In this document: positions 1 through 9,043 of the stretch, piece after piece
Layout of the letters: each line of letters starts with the position of its first letter
How positions within the stretch are numbered: position 1 is the first letter of the stretch
Source: Acidimicrobiales bacterium
GTDB lineage: Bacteria > Actinomycetota > Acidimicrobiia > Acidimicrobiales > AC-14
Direction of reading: 5' to 3'
DNA length: 64,000 nucleotides
Assembly (NCBI GenBank): GCA_046263055.1
Contig: JBHELO010000014.1
Coordinates: 32 to 64,031 of the forward strand
The notes under the pieces: model-generated
Seen by the model: the letters and a program-made list of their open reading frames with translations, nothing else
What the model was told of the DNA's origin: nothing
Databases searched by the model: none
Position numbers and translations under genes: made by a program

Positions 1-125
1 GCGGGGTCGCCGGCGGCCTCGTACTGCACGGTGTCGCCGATTCGACGGCCGGCCAGGGCCGGGCCGAGGGAGACGGGGGGACCGGCCGGGCCGGTCGTCG
101 GGCGGAGCGCGGGCGTGTCGGGCGG

Positions 126-1079
126 GTGGCGGGGGCGCCACTACCCTCGCCCCTCGTGGCCCGCCTGGAGGTGAAGCGCCAGATGGGCCGGGGGGACATC
201 GCCGCTGTGTCCGAGCTCTTGGAGGTGGCCACTCGGGTCGACGGCCATGCCCCCCTCGGCGAGCACCAATGGCTCGACCTCGTCCACGGCGGTCGCCACG
301 GCTTCGCCGGGCTGGTGGCGTGGGAGCCGGGCCACGGGCACCCGGTGGGCTACGCCCAGCTGACCCGTGAGGCCGACGGTGGGGGCACCAGCTGGGCCCT
401 GGAGCTCGTGGTCGACCCCCATCACCGCCACACCAACGCCGACATCGGGCCCACCCTGGTCCGGGCGGCGATGGACGTGGTGCGGGCTGAGGGCGGGGGC
501 CACGTGCATCTGTGGGTCCCCAAACCGGGTCCCGAGCACGACCGCATCGCCGACGCCGCCGGGCTGGCCAGGGGACGGGAGCTGCGCCAGCTCCGCCGGC
601 CGCTCCCCATGGCGGCCGATCACGATCCCTTGCCCGTGCGGCCGTTCCGTCCCGGGGCCGACGAGGGGGCCTGGCTGGCGGTCAACAACCGGGCCTTCCG
701 TTGGCACCCCGAGCAGGGCGGGTGGGACGTGGACACCGTGCGCGACCGCGAGTCGCAGCCCTGGTTCGACCCCGCCGGGTTCCTGCTCCACGAACGGGAG
801 GGGCGCCTGGCGGGGTTCTGTTGGACGAAGGTCCACCCGGGCACCGACCCGCCCCTCGGTGAAATCTACGTGATCGCGGTGGACCCCGACTTCCAGGGGC
901 AGGGCCTGGGCCGGGCCCTGGCCCTGGCCGGCCTCGACCACCTGTCGGCCGCCGGCCTGGGCACCGCCATGCTCTACGTGGACGCCGACAACGCCCCCGC
1001 CCTGCGGCTCTACGACGGCCTGGGGTTCACCGTCGACCACGTGGACCGGGCCTACACCGGCGACGTGGCGGGGGCCTAG
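126..1079 (+). CDS. mshD: mycothiol synthase (two-GNAT-domain acetyltransferase)
   Basis: 317-aa ORF with two GNAT-like halves. The C-terminal half has the acetyl-CoA motif IYVIAVDPDFQGQGLGRALAL. Size and layout are typical of actinobacterial MshD. GTG start assumed. Confidence 0.75.
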   Translation: MAGAPLPSPLVARLEVKRQMGRGDIAAVSELLEVATRVDGHAPLGEHQWLDLVHGGRHGFAGLVAWEPGHGHPVGYAQLTREADGGGTSWALELVVDPHHRHTNADIGPTLVRAAMDVVRAEGGGHVHLWVPKPGPEHDRIADAAGLARGRELRQLRRPLPMAADHDPLPVRPFRPGADEGAWLAVNNRAFRWHPEQGGWDVDTVRDRESQPWFDPAGFLLHEREGRLAGFCWTKVHPGTDPPLGEIYVIAVDPDFQGQGLGRALALAGLDHLSAAGLGTAMLYVDADNAPALRLYDGLGFTVDHVDRAYTGDVAGA

Positions 1080-1846
1080 CCCACGCCCACGCCCACTGCC
1101 GAGCCGATGGCGTAGGTCACCGCGGCTGGGACGGCCGACCAGACGAGCTGGCGCAGGGCCGAGCGGGTGGCCGAGCGGCCGGTGAAACGGGCCAGGGCGG
1201 CGCCTACGGCGAGCGCGGCGATCACACCGATGACCACCGACACCACGATGGCGGCGGTACCGGCCCCGAAGAACCACGGCAGCAGGGGCAGGAGGGCGCC
1301 GGCGGCAAAGGCGAGGAACGACGACACGGCGGCGGCCACCGGCGAGCCCCGCGACCCGGGGTGGATACCCAGCTCTTCCCGGGCGTGGGTCTCGAGGGCG
1401 ATCTCGGGGTCGCGCATGAGCGCCTCGGCCAGGTCCTCGGCCACCGACGACTCGATGCCCCGGGACCGGTAGAGCTGGACCAGCTCGGCCCGCTCGTGGT
1501 CGGGTCGGCGCTTGAGCTCCAGGCGCTCCATGTCCAGCTCCCGCTCCAGGAGCTCGTTCTGGGCGGTCATGGAGATGAACTCGCCGGCGGCCATGGACAC
1601 CGAGCCACCGATGAGGCCCGCCAGCCCGGCCAGGCGCACGACGCCGGCCGCCGGGTGGGCACCGGCCACGCCCAGGATGAGGGCCACGTTGGACACCAGG
1701 CCGTCACTGACCCCGAACACCGCGGCCCGGGCCGCGCCGCCCTGGACGTTGCGGTGGTGGGGTTCGGGCGGGGGCGGCAGCGGCGACGACCGGGAGGGCT
1801 CCCCGGTGGTGGCCGTGCGGGCCGGATCGGACGGAGGTGAGGCCAT
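1076..1846 (-). CDS. VIT1/CCC1-family (DUF125) membrane protein, putative Fe/Mn transporter
   Basis: FGVSDGLVSNVALILGVAGA followed by MAAGEFISMTAQNELLERE, a central hydrophilic helix and C-terminal TM helices. Start trimmed to ATG 1846 (MASPPSD), preceded by GGAAGGA. The upstream part of the ORF is R/G-rich junk. Confidence 0.8.
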   Translation of the reverse strand: MASPPSDPARTATTGEPSRSSPLPPPPEPHHRNVQGGAARAAVFGVSDGLVSNVALILGVAGAHPAAGVVRLAGLAGLIGGSVSMAAGEFISMTAQNELLERELDMERLELKRRPDHERAELVQLYRSRGIESSVAEDLAEALMRDPEIALETHAREELGIHPGSRGSPVAAAVSSFLAFAAGALLPLLPWFFGAGTAAIVVSVVIGVIAALAVGAALARFTGRSATRSALRQLVWSAVPAAVTYAIGSAVGVGVG

Positions 1847-1897
1847 GAGGTCCTTCCAACCTAACGGGCGGTCGGCCTGTTCCGCCGTCCCCCGGCG

Positions 1898-3067
1898 ATG
1901 GTCCATCATCGGACTGTGGCCGTGGCCCTCGACCTCACCCCCGACGACCTGGCGGCGATGCTGGCCGGCGAGCCCCGGTACCGGGTCACCCAGGCGTGGC
2001 GGGGGCTGCACGCCGGCCTGGCGCCGCTGGAGATGACCGACCTGCCGCTGGCCCTGCGGCGGCGCCTGGCCACCGAGCTGCCGGCCGGCCTGGCGCTGGC
2101 CGCCACGTCGGTCAGCAACGACGGCGGCACCACGAAGTGGCTCTGGGCCCTACCGGACCCGGCCGGCCTGCGTGGCCCGAACGCCGCGGCCGGCCTGCGT
2201 GGCGCGAACGCCGCGGCCGGCCTGCGTGGCGCGAACGCCGCGGCCGGCCTGCGTGGCCCGAACGCCGCGGCCGGCCTGCGTGGCCCGAACGCCGCGGCCG
2301 TCGAGACGGTGCTCATGCACTACCCGGACCGGGCCACGGTGTGCGTGTCCACCCAGGCGGGATGCGCCATGGCCTGCGGGTTCTGCGCCACCGGTCAGGC
2401 CGGGTTCCGCCGCCACCTCACCGCCGGCGAGATCGTGGAGCAGGTCGTGCGGGGCCGCCGGGCGGCGCTGCCCCGGCGCCTGTCGAACGTGGTCTTCATG
2501 GGCATGGGCGAACCCCTCGCCAACTACGCCGCCACGTGGGCCGCCGTCGAGCGCATCCACGGGGACCTGGGCATCTCCGCCCGCCGCCTCACCGTCTCCA
2601 CCGTCGGGCTGGTGGCCGGCATCCGCCGGCTGGCGGGCGAGGCACTGCCCGTCAACCTGGCCGTGTCCCTCCACGCCGCCAACGACGCCCTTCGGGACGA
2701 GCTGGTCCCCATCAACCGGCGGTGGCCCCTCCCGGTGCTCATGGAGGCGTGCCGGGGGTGGGTCGAGGCCAAGGGCCGGCGCCTCTCATTCGAGTGGGCC
2801 CTGATCGACGGCGTGAACGACCGCCCCACCGACGCAACCGAGCTGGCCGCCCTGGCCCGTCCGCTCGGGGCGCACGTCAACCTCATCCCCCTCAACCCGA
2901 CGCCCGGCTATCCCACCCGGGGCACCCCGGCGGCCGGGGTGCGGGCCTTTGGCGACCGGCTGCGCTCTCTCGGTGTGAACGCCACCGTCCGCCGCAACCG
3001 GGGCACCGATATCGACGCCGCCTGCGGCCAGCTCGCCGCCCGCCCCACGCCAACCGGGGTCGGATAG
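1898..3067 (+). CDS. rlmN: 23S rRNA/tRNA (adenine-C2)-methyltransferase RlmN, radical SAM
   Basis: CVSTQAGCAMACGFCATGQ (CxxxCxxC), GMGEPLAN, LAVSLHA and IPLNP motifs. Carries an in-frame 5 x 9-aa repeat insertion. Confidence 0.9.
   Translation: MVHHRTVAVALDLTPDDLAAMLAGEPRYRVTQAWRGLHAGLAPLEMTDLPLALRRRLATELPAGLALAATSVSNDGGTTKWLWALPDPAGLRGPNAAAGLRGANAAAGLRGANAAAGLRGPNAAAGLRGPNAAAVETVLMHYPDRATVCVSTQAGCAMACGFCATGQAGFRRHLTAGEIVEQVVRGRRAALPRRLSNVVFMGMGEPLANYAATWAAVERIHGDLGISARRLTVSTVGLVAGIRRLAGEALPVNLAVSLHAANDALRDELVPINRRWPLPVLMEACRGWVEAKGRRLSFEWALIDGVNDRPTDATELAALARPLGAHVNLIPLNPTPGYPTRGTPAAGVRAFGDRLRSLGVNATVRRNRGTDIDAACGQLAARPTPTGVG
2161..2295 (+). repeat. 27-bp tandem repeat x5, in frame within rlmN (GLRG[P/A]NAAA x5)
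   Basis: The unit ggccggcctgcgtggc[c/g]cgaacgccgc is repeated head to tail five times. Copies differ only at the ccc/gcg codon. Confidence 0.95.
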
Positions 3068-3180
3068 GCGGTGCCCGCGCCTGCTAACCGAACCCGGTTG
3101 GCCGGAGCCACCGGACCTCACCGAACTGGGGCCGGATAGGCAGTGCCGGCGCCTGCGAACCGAACCCGGTTCGACGGAGG
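3054..3180. repeat. two tandem copies (about 73-bp period) of an intergenic element with a CGAACCCGGTT[C/G]G palindromic core
   Basis: ggggtcggataggcggtgcccgcgcctgctaaccgaacccggttggccggag versus ggggccggataggcagtgccggcgcctgcgaaccgaacccggttcgacggag: 46 of 52 positions identical by hand count. Copy 1 includes the rlmN stop codon. Confidence 0.85.
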
Positions 3181-3189
3181 CCCGGGGGC

Positions 3190-3972
3190 TCAGCGCACGA
3201 GCACGGTGGCGGCGGCCGACGCCCGGACCGCCCGACGCAGGTGCTCGGTCCGCTCCACACGGGCGCCCGGCCATACCACCGACTCCTCGAGGGTCCCCTC
3301 CACCACCGCCCCGGTGCCGACCACCGAGCGCCCACCCGAGGCGGCCAGGTTGGCGGCCAGGTAGTCGGCCGGGGTGCCACAGTCGAAGAAGGGACCGCCG
3401 GAGGCCACCAGCTCGAGGTCCCGGCCGGGGACGAGGTGGCGCCACGACGCCTCCCACAACCCGGCGGGCGACGCCGGCAGGGCGGCCACCGCCGCCGCCG
3501 GGAGCAGGGCGGCGCCCGCGTACCGGCGGTCGCCCCAGTCGCCCCGGTGGGCGTCGACGACCGTGAGCAGGCGCGTGTGGTGGCCCTCCCAGCCGGCGGC
3601 GAAGGCGGCCAGGTCGGCCCGGTGCCAGGCGTCGGCGTTCACCGCCAGCACGGCCCGGCCGTCGATCCAGGGCCGCAGCCGGCCCAGGGCCCCGGCCGTC
3701 CCGAGGGGCACCGGGTCCTCCACCGACACGTGGACCGGCGCGGCCCGCGCTTCGATGTGGGCGGCCACCAGGTCGCGGCGGTAGGACGCGTTCACCGCCA
3801 CCACCGGCGTGACGGCGAGGGCCCGGGCCACGGCCAAGTCGACGAGCGGCTCGCCGCCGACGGGGCACAGGGCCTTGGGCACCAGGTCGGTGAGAGGCCG
3901 GAGGCGGGCACCGCGACCGGCGGCCAGGACCACCCCCACCACGTCGTCGCCGCCTGCCACACTGTGGCCCAT
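3190..3972 (-). CDS. sugar-phosphate nucleotidyltransferase (NTP_transferase family)
   Basis: N-terminal VVLAAGRGARLRPLTDLVPKAL (GxGxRLxPLT..PK signature); 260 aa. Confidence 0.7.
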   Translation of the reverse strand: MGHSVAGGDDVVGVVLAAGRGARLRPLTDLVPKALCPVGGEPLVDLAVARALAVTPVVAVNASYRRDLVAAHIEARAAPVHVSVEDPVPLGTAGALGRLRPWIDGRAVLAVNADAWHRADLAAFAAGWEGHHTRLLTVVDAHRGDWGDRRYAGAALLPAAAVAALPASPAGLWEASWRHLVPGRDLELVASGGPFFDCGTPADYLAANLAASGGRSVVGTGAVVEGTLEESVVWPGARVERTEHLRRAVRASAAATVLVR

Positions 3973-4330
3973 GTCAGACCGGCGATTCCTGAACCCGGCG
4001 CAGCCCCAGACCCTCCAGATCGCCGTCTTCCTGCTCTACCTGAACGGCGTGTTCGACCTGCTCGGCCTGCTGGTGGGCGGGGGCCTGGGCGTCATCGGCG
4101 TGGTCCTCGTGGCCGGCGAGGTGGCCGCCGCCTACGGCATCGCCAACGAGCGGCGGTGGGCGTACATCCTGGGCATCGCCATGGCTCTCCTGCCGTTCGT
4201 CGCCCGCTGGTACATCCTGAGCAACCCCATCGCCGGCGTCGGGGTGCTGACCCTGCTCTTCGAGGTGGCCCTCGTCCTCCTCCTCGTCCACCCCCAGAGC
4301 CGCGACTACCAGCGCATCTGGTTCAAGTAG
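3971..4330 (+). CDS. small integral membrane protein (3-4 TM), unknown function
   Basis: ATG at 3971 (MSDRRFLNP). Very high third-position GC. Hydrophobic helices IAVFLLYLNGVFDLLGLLVGG and VLTLLFEVALVLLLV. Confidence 0.65.
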   Translation: MSDRRFLNPAQPQTLQIAVFLLYLNGVFDLLGLLVGGGLGVIGVVLVAGEVAAAYGIANERRWAYILGIAMALLPFVARWYILSNPIAGVGVLTLLFEVALVLLLVHPQSRDYQRIWFK

Positions 4331-4371
4331 CCATCCCACCGGCCGAGCCTAGGACCGGTTGGGGGGGCGCG

Positions 4372-5955
4372 GTGGAGTTCAACCTGGCCGACCTCTTCGA
4401 GTCGGTGGCGGCCGTAGTGCCCGACGCCGAGGCGGTGGTCTGCGGGACCCGCCGGCTGCGGTACCGGGACCTGGACCGCCGGGCCGACGCCCTGGCCCAC
4501 GTCCTGGTCTCGATGGGCGTGAGGACCGGCGACCACGTGGGCCTGTGGCTGGGCAACGGCACCGAGTACCTGGAAGGGATGCTGGCCGCCTGCAAGCTGC
4601 GAGCCGTGCCGGTGAACGTCAACTGGCGGTACGGCCCGACCGAGGCGGCTGCCGTGTTGGCGGTGGCCGCCCCCGCCGCCGTGATCCACGAGCCCGACCT
4701 GGCCCCGGTGCTGGCGGCCGTCGCACCCCGGACGCCGGGCCTGGCCACGGGGACCGACTACGAGGGCGCCCTGGCCGCCGCCCCGCCCGGCCGTCCGCCC
4801 GTCGACGGGCCGCGCTCGGGCGACGACCGCTACCTGCTGTTCACCGGTGGCACCACGGGGGCGCCCAAAGGTGTGGTCTGGCGCCAGGAGGACGCCTTCT
4901 TCGCCGCCTTCGGCGGCGGCAACCTGGGCGGGACGCCGGTGGCCGCCCCCGAGGAGGTGGCGTCCCGGGCCGCCGCCGGCGGCGGCGCCGCCGCCCGGTG
5001 CCTGCCGGCCAGCCCCCTGGTTCACGCCGCCGCCCAGTGGCTCGCCCTCGCCACCCTGCTGGCCGGCGGCACGGTGCTGCTGTGCCCGGGGCGGGGGTTC
5101 GACCCGGGGGCGGTGCTCGACCTGGCCGACGTCGAGGCGGCCGCAACGGTGGTCGTGGTGGGTGACGCCATGGTCCGGCCCCTGGCCGACGCCCTGGCCG
5201 CCGCCCCAGGCCGGTGGGACCTGGCCCGGCTGACGGCAGTGCTGTCGGGGGGCGCCACCCTTTCGGCGGCGGCCAAGGAGGCGCTGGTGGCCTGCCTGCC
5301 CCATGTGATCGTGGTGGACCTGGTGGGGGCGTCGGAGTCGGGCGGCCACGGCTCGTCCCTGGAGGGCCGGGGCCGCATCTCCGCCGTGTCCAGCCGATTC
5401 CGGCCCAACTCCTCCACCGCGGTGCTGGGCGACGACCTGCGCCCGGTGACGCCCGGCTCGGGACAGGTCGGCCGCCTGGCGCGGCGGGGTCACGTCCCCC
5501 TCGGCTACCTGGGCAACCCCGAGGCCGGCACCGCCACCTTCCCGGTGGTGGACGGCGTGCGCTGGGCCCTCCCCGGCGACCTGGCCCGGCTGGAGGCGGA
5601 CGGCACCGTCGCCCTCCTCGGCCGGGGCGCCACGGTGGTCAACACCGGGGGGGAGAAGGTCCACCCCGAGGAGGTGGAGGCCGTGCTGCGGGCCCACCCG
5701 GACGTCGCCGACGCCGTGGTAGTCGGCGTGCCCGACCCCCGCTGGGGAGAGGCGGTGGCGGCGGTGGTGGCACCGCGGGCCGGCGCCCGGCCGCCGACCC
5801 TCGACGCCCTCGCCCGCCACTGCCGGGCCTCCCTGGCTGCCTACAAGCGGCCTCGCGCCCTGGTGGTGGTGGAGCGGGTGGTGCGCTCCCCCGCCGGCAA
5901 GGCCGACTACCGCTGGGCCCGAGAGGTGATGCGCGGCGCGGGCGAGGACGGGTGA
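4372..5955 (+). CDS. AMP-dependent acyl-CoA synthetase/ligase (FadD-like)
   Basis: LFTGGTTGAPKGV (AMP-binding P-loop), GDLARLEADGTVALLGR, and GEKVHPEEVE...AYKRP tail. GTG 4372 is the first start after a G-rich SD. The upstream 377 codons of the ORF are antisense to the nucleotidyltransferase gene. Confidence 0.8.
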   Translation: MEFNLADLFESVAAVVPDAEAVVCGTRRLRYRDLDRRADALAHVLVSMGVRTGDHVGLWLGNGTEYLEGMLAACKLRAVPVNVNWRYGPTEAAAVLAVAAPAAVIHEPDLAPVLAAVAPRTPGLATGTDYEGALAAAPPGRPPVDGPRSGDDRYLLFTGGTTGAPKGVVWRQEDAFFAAFGGGNLGGTPVAAPEEVASRAAAGGGAAARCLPASPLVHAAAQWLALATLLAGGTVLLCPGRGFDPGAVLDLADVEAAATVVVVGDAMVRPLADALAAAPGRWDLARLTAVLSGGATLSAAAKEALVACLPHVIVVDLVGASESGGHGSSLEGRGRISAVSSRFRPNSSTAVLGDDLRPVTPGSGQVGRLARRGHVPLGYLGNPEAGTATFPVVDGVRWALPGDLARLEADGTVALLGRGATVVNTGGEKVHPEEVEAVLRAHPDVADAVVVGVPDPRWGEAVAAVVAPRAGARPPTLDALARHCRASLAAYKRPRALVVVERVVRSPAGKADYRWAREVMRGAGEDG

Positions 5956-6131
5956 CGAACCTCGTGGACGACGCCGCCGAGGTGGCCCTGGTGGTGGCGG
6001 TCGGGGGGATGCTGTGGTCGGCGGTGGGACGCGTGCGCCGGGGCCTGGTCCGTCCGCCCCGCTGCCCGGCCTGCGGCCGCACCCTCTCCCGGGCCTACCC
6101 CCGGTGCCCGGCCTGCGGGCACCAGCGCTGA
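5952..6131 (+). CDS. 59-aa membrane-anchored zinc-ribbon micro-protein (hypothetical)
   Basis: The GTG overlaps the fadD-like stop (GTGA). One hydrophobic helix, then CPACG-x12-CPACG. High GC3. Confidence 0.45.
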   Translation: MTNLVDDAAEVALVVAVGGMLWSAVGRVRRGLVRPPRCPACGRTLSRAYPRCPACGHQR

Positions 6132-6150
6132 GGGACCCTACGCTCGGGGC

Positions 6151-8223
6151 ATGAACCGCCTGGCCGGCGAGACCAGCCCATACCTCCAACAGCACAAGGA
6201 CAACCCGGTGGACTGGTACCCCTGGGGCCAGGAGGCCTTCGCCCGGGCCCGGTCCGAGGAGCGGCCCGTCCTGCTGTCCATCGGGTACGCGGCCTGCCAC
6301 TGGTGCCACGTGATGGCCCACGAGTCGTTCGAGGACCCGGCGGTGGCGGCCGTCGTCAACGAGCTGTTCGTGCCCGTCAAGGTGGACCGCGAGGAGCGCC
6401 CCGACATCGACGCCATCTACATGGAGGCGGTGCAGGCCATGACCGGCCGCGGCGGGTGGCCCATGACCATGTTCCTCACCCCCGATGGCGAGCCCTTCTT
6501 CGGCGGCACCTACTTCCCGTCCCAGGCCCGCCAGGGCATGCCCGGGTTCGTCCAGGTGTGCCAGGCGGTGGCTGACGCGTGGACCGAGCGGCGTGACGAG
6601 GTGGTGGGCCAGGCCGCCCGCCTGAGCGAGGCCCTCGGCCGCATGGGGGAGCTGGCGCCCGCCGGCGGCGATCGGCCCCGCCTGGAGGCGTCGGCGGCGG
6701 CGGCCGACGCCCTGGCCGACGCCTTCGACCCCGAGTGGGGCGGGTTCGGCCGGGCCCCCAAGTTCCCGTCGCCCGACACCCTGGAGGTGCTCCTGCGCCT
6801 CTGCGCCCGTGCCGGCCCGGACGTGGCGGTGGGCGACGGCGACGGCGATGACGGCGACGGCGATGACGGCCCCAACGGCCGCCACGGCGGACACCGCGTC
6901 GGAGCCGACCGGGCGCTGGCCATGGCCACCACCACGTTGGACGCCATGGCCGCCGGTGGCATGTACGACCACATCGGCGGCGGCTTCCACCGCTACTCGG
7001 TGGACCGCCGGTGGCTCGTCCCCCACTTCGAGAAGATGCTGTACGACCAGGCCCTTCTGGTGCGGGCCTACCTCCACGCATGGCAGCTCACGGGGGAACC
7101 ACGCCATCTGCAGGTGCTGTCCGAGACCGTCGACTACACCCGCCGGGACCTGCGCCACCCCGACGGCGGCTTCTTCTCCTCCGAGGACGCCGACTCCGAA
7201 GGCGTGGAGGGCAAGTTCTACGTCTGGACGGAACCGGAGCTGCGCGCCGTGGCCGGTCCCGACGCCGACGCCGCGGTGGCCTGGTGGGGGGTGACGGCGG
7301 CCGGCAACTTCGCCGAGGGGGGCGCTGGCGCCAACATCCTGTACCGGCCGGAGCGAGGGCTGCTCGATCGCCCGCCAGCGGTGGAGCGGGCCCGCCAGGC
7401 CCTGTTCGGGGCCCGCTCGCAGCGCGTCCGCCCCGGCCTGGACGACAAGGTGCTCACCGAGTGGAACGCGCTGTTCGTGTCCGCCCTGGCCGAGGCGGCG
7501 GCCGCCTGCGGTCGCGACGACTGGCTGGCCGACGCCCGCGCCGGCGGCGAGTTCCTCCTCGGTGCCCTGCGGCGCGACGACGGGCGGTGGCTGCGGTCGT
7601 GGCAAGGCGGGCGGGCCCGCCACCTGGCCTACGCCGCCGACCACGCCGCCCTGGTGGGCGCCTTCACCCGCCTGGCCGAGGCCACCGGCGAGGCCCGGTG
7701 GGTGGCCGAGGCTCAGGCCGTGGCCGACGCCATGCTGAGCCTGTTCTGGGACGACGCCAACGGCGGCCTGTTCACCACCGGCACCGACGCCGAGCGCCTC
7801 ATCACCCGCACCAAGGACGTGCTCGACAACGCCGTGCCCTCCGCCAACGGTGCAGCCGCCGTCGCCCTCCACCGCCTGGCCGCACTGGTGGGCGACGACC
7901 GCTACCGGGACCGGGCCGAGGCCATCGTGGCCCTGCTGGCCGAGCCGCTACGCCGCCAGCCACTCGGCTTCACCCACCTCCTGCACGCGGTGGAGCTGGG
8001 AGCCGGTCCCGTCACCGAGGTGGCGGTCACCGGCCACCGCCCGGACCTGGTGGCCGCCGTCCATCGTCGCTGGCTCCCCTACGGGGTGCTGGCCTGGGGC
8101 GAGCCGTACCCGTCGCCCCTGTTCGACGACCGCCGGCCCGGGCTGGCCTACGTGTGCCGGGACTACGCCTGCTCGGCCCCCGTCTCCGACGCCGACGAGC
8201 TGACCGCCCAGCTGGCCCGCTGA
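6151..8223 (+). CDS. thioredoxin-domain protein of the DUF255/YyaL family (N-terminal Trx fold plus (alpha/alpha)6 barrel)
   Basis: [34 protein letters not shown] and DAFL-type motifs; 690 aa. Confidence 0.85.
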   Translation: MNRLAGETSPYLQQHKDNPVDWYPWGQEAFARARSEERPVLLSIGYAACHWCHVMAHESFEDPAVAAVVNELFVPVKVDREERPDIDAIYMEAVQAMTGRGGWPMTMFLTPDGEPFFGGTYFPSQARQGMPGFVQVCQAVADAWTERRDEVVGQAARLSEALGRMGELAPAGGDRPRLEASAAAADALADAFDPEWGGFGRAPKFPSPDTLEVLLRLCARAGPDVAVGDGDGDDGDGDDGPNGRHGGHRVGADRALAMATTTLDAMAAGGMYDHIGGGFHRYSVDRRWLVPHFEKMLYDQALLVRAYLHAWQLTGEPRHLQVLSETVDYTRRDLRHPDGGFFSSEDADSEGVEGKFYVWTEPELRAVAGPDADAAVAWWGVTAAGNFAEGGAGANILYRPERGLLDRPPAVERARQALFGARSQRVRPGLDDKVLTEWNALFVSALAEAAAACGRDDWLADARAGGEFLLGALRRDDGRWLRSWQGGRARHLAYAADHAALVGAFTRLAEATGEARWVAEAQAVADAMLSLFWDDANGGLFTTGTDAERLITRTKDVLDNAVPSANGAAAVALHRLAALVGDDRYRDRAEAIVALLAEPLRRQPLGFTHLLHAVELGAGPVTEVAVTGHRPDLVAAVHRRWLPYGVLAWGEPYPSPLFDDRRPGLAYVCRDYACSAPVSDADELTAQLAR

Positions 8224-8241
8224 CGGCGGTTCTCCCCTTCC

Positions 8242-8279
8242 CGCCGCCATCTGCGGGGACGGCGGCCGCCATGGCGGCG
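8242..8279. terminator. candidate bidirectional hairpin between convergent genes
   Basis: cgccgccat (8242-8250) and atggcggcg (8271-8279) form a 9-bp perfect inverted repeat around a 20-nt GC-rich loop. No U-tract. Confidence 0.25.
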
Positions 8280-8300
8280 AGAAGCCGGTGGCCGACCGGC

Positions 8301-8894
8301 CTACCAGCGGCCGCGGTGGACGACCTCGTCCAGCGGGCGGCGGCCCCGAGACAATGAGCCCGACGGCCGGTCGGTGGCCGGGTGGCCGACGGCCACCGCG
8401 CCCACAGGAGCCCACTCCGGCGGCACGCCGAACTCGGCCCGCAACCCGTCGGCGTCGGCCACTGCGAAGAACAGTGCGCCCAGGCCGAGGTCCACCGCAG
8501 CCAGGAGCAGGAGCATGGCCGCGAAGGCAGCGTCCACGTGCCAGTAGGGCACCGGCCAGGGCCTGCCACCGGCCAGGGCCGACCGGGCCTTGTCGGCCTC
8601 GGCGTATCGGTCCCGGTAGGCGGCCTCCGAGGACAGGACCACCACCATCAGCGGAGCACGGGCCACCCCCGGCCAGGCGGCCCGGCTGCGCTCGCCATCG
8701 CCGCCTGATGCGGCCAGGAACCGGGCCGTCTCCTCCGGTCCTTCCAGGGCCAACAGGTCGACGCCCTGGGTGAAGCCGGCCGACGGCCCCTGGGCGGCGG
8801 CGGCCAGCAGGCGGTCGACGTCCGTTGTCGACAGCGGACGGTCGTCGAAGTTGCGGACCATGCGCCGGCGGCGCACCACGTCGGAGAAGTCCAT
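8301..8894 (-). CDS. nitroreductase-family protein
   Basis: MDFSDVVRRRRMVRNFDDRPL is a typical nitroreductase N-terminus; 197 aa. Confidence 0.8.
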   Translation of the reverse strand: MDFSDVVRRRRMVRNFDDRPLSTTDVDRLLAAAAQGPSAGFTQGVDLLALEGPEETARFLAASGGDGERSRAAWPGVARAPLMVVVLSSEAAYRDRYAEADKARSALAGGRPWPVPYWHVDAAFAAMLLLLAAVDLGLGALFFAVADADGLRAEFGVPPEWAPVGAVAVGHPATDRPSGSLSRGRRPLDEVVHRGRW

Positions 8895-8934
8895 GCCCCG
8901 CAGTCTCCCGGTCGCGCCCGGCCTCGCGCCGCCG

Positions 8935-9000
8935 CCCAGCCCCGAACCGGGTTCGGTTACCGGTGGCCCGTGCCTGCCAAGCGAACCCGGTTCGAACGCC
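8935..9000. repeat. third locus of the CGAACC-N-GGTTCG palindromic intergenic element (two palindromes)
   Basis: ccccgaaccgggttcggttaccggtggcccgtgcctgccaagcgaacccggttcgaacgcc. The segment gtgcctgccaagcgaacccggttcga matches the core at 3070-3170. Confidence 0.7.
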
Positions 9001-9043
9001 GACCATCCACCACCGGCGGTGGACCGGGCGTCACCATTGCGTC

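Noticed and set aside
1-125. Possible partial gene at the left edge.
   Set aside because: It is too short, and no recognisable motif appears in any frame. It was left unannotated.
4306-7872. 1188-aa ORF on the minus strand, the longest in this part of the track.
   Set aside because: It runs antisense to the acyl-CoA synthetase and thioredoxin-domain genes, both of which have clear motifs. Its translation is Gly/Arg/Pro/Ala-rich low-complexity sequence with no recognisable domain. This is the typical stop-poor antisense frame of very GC-rich DNA.
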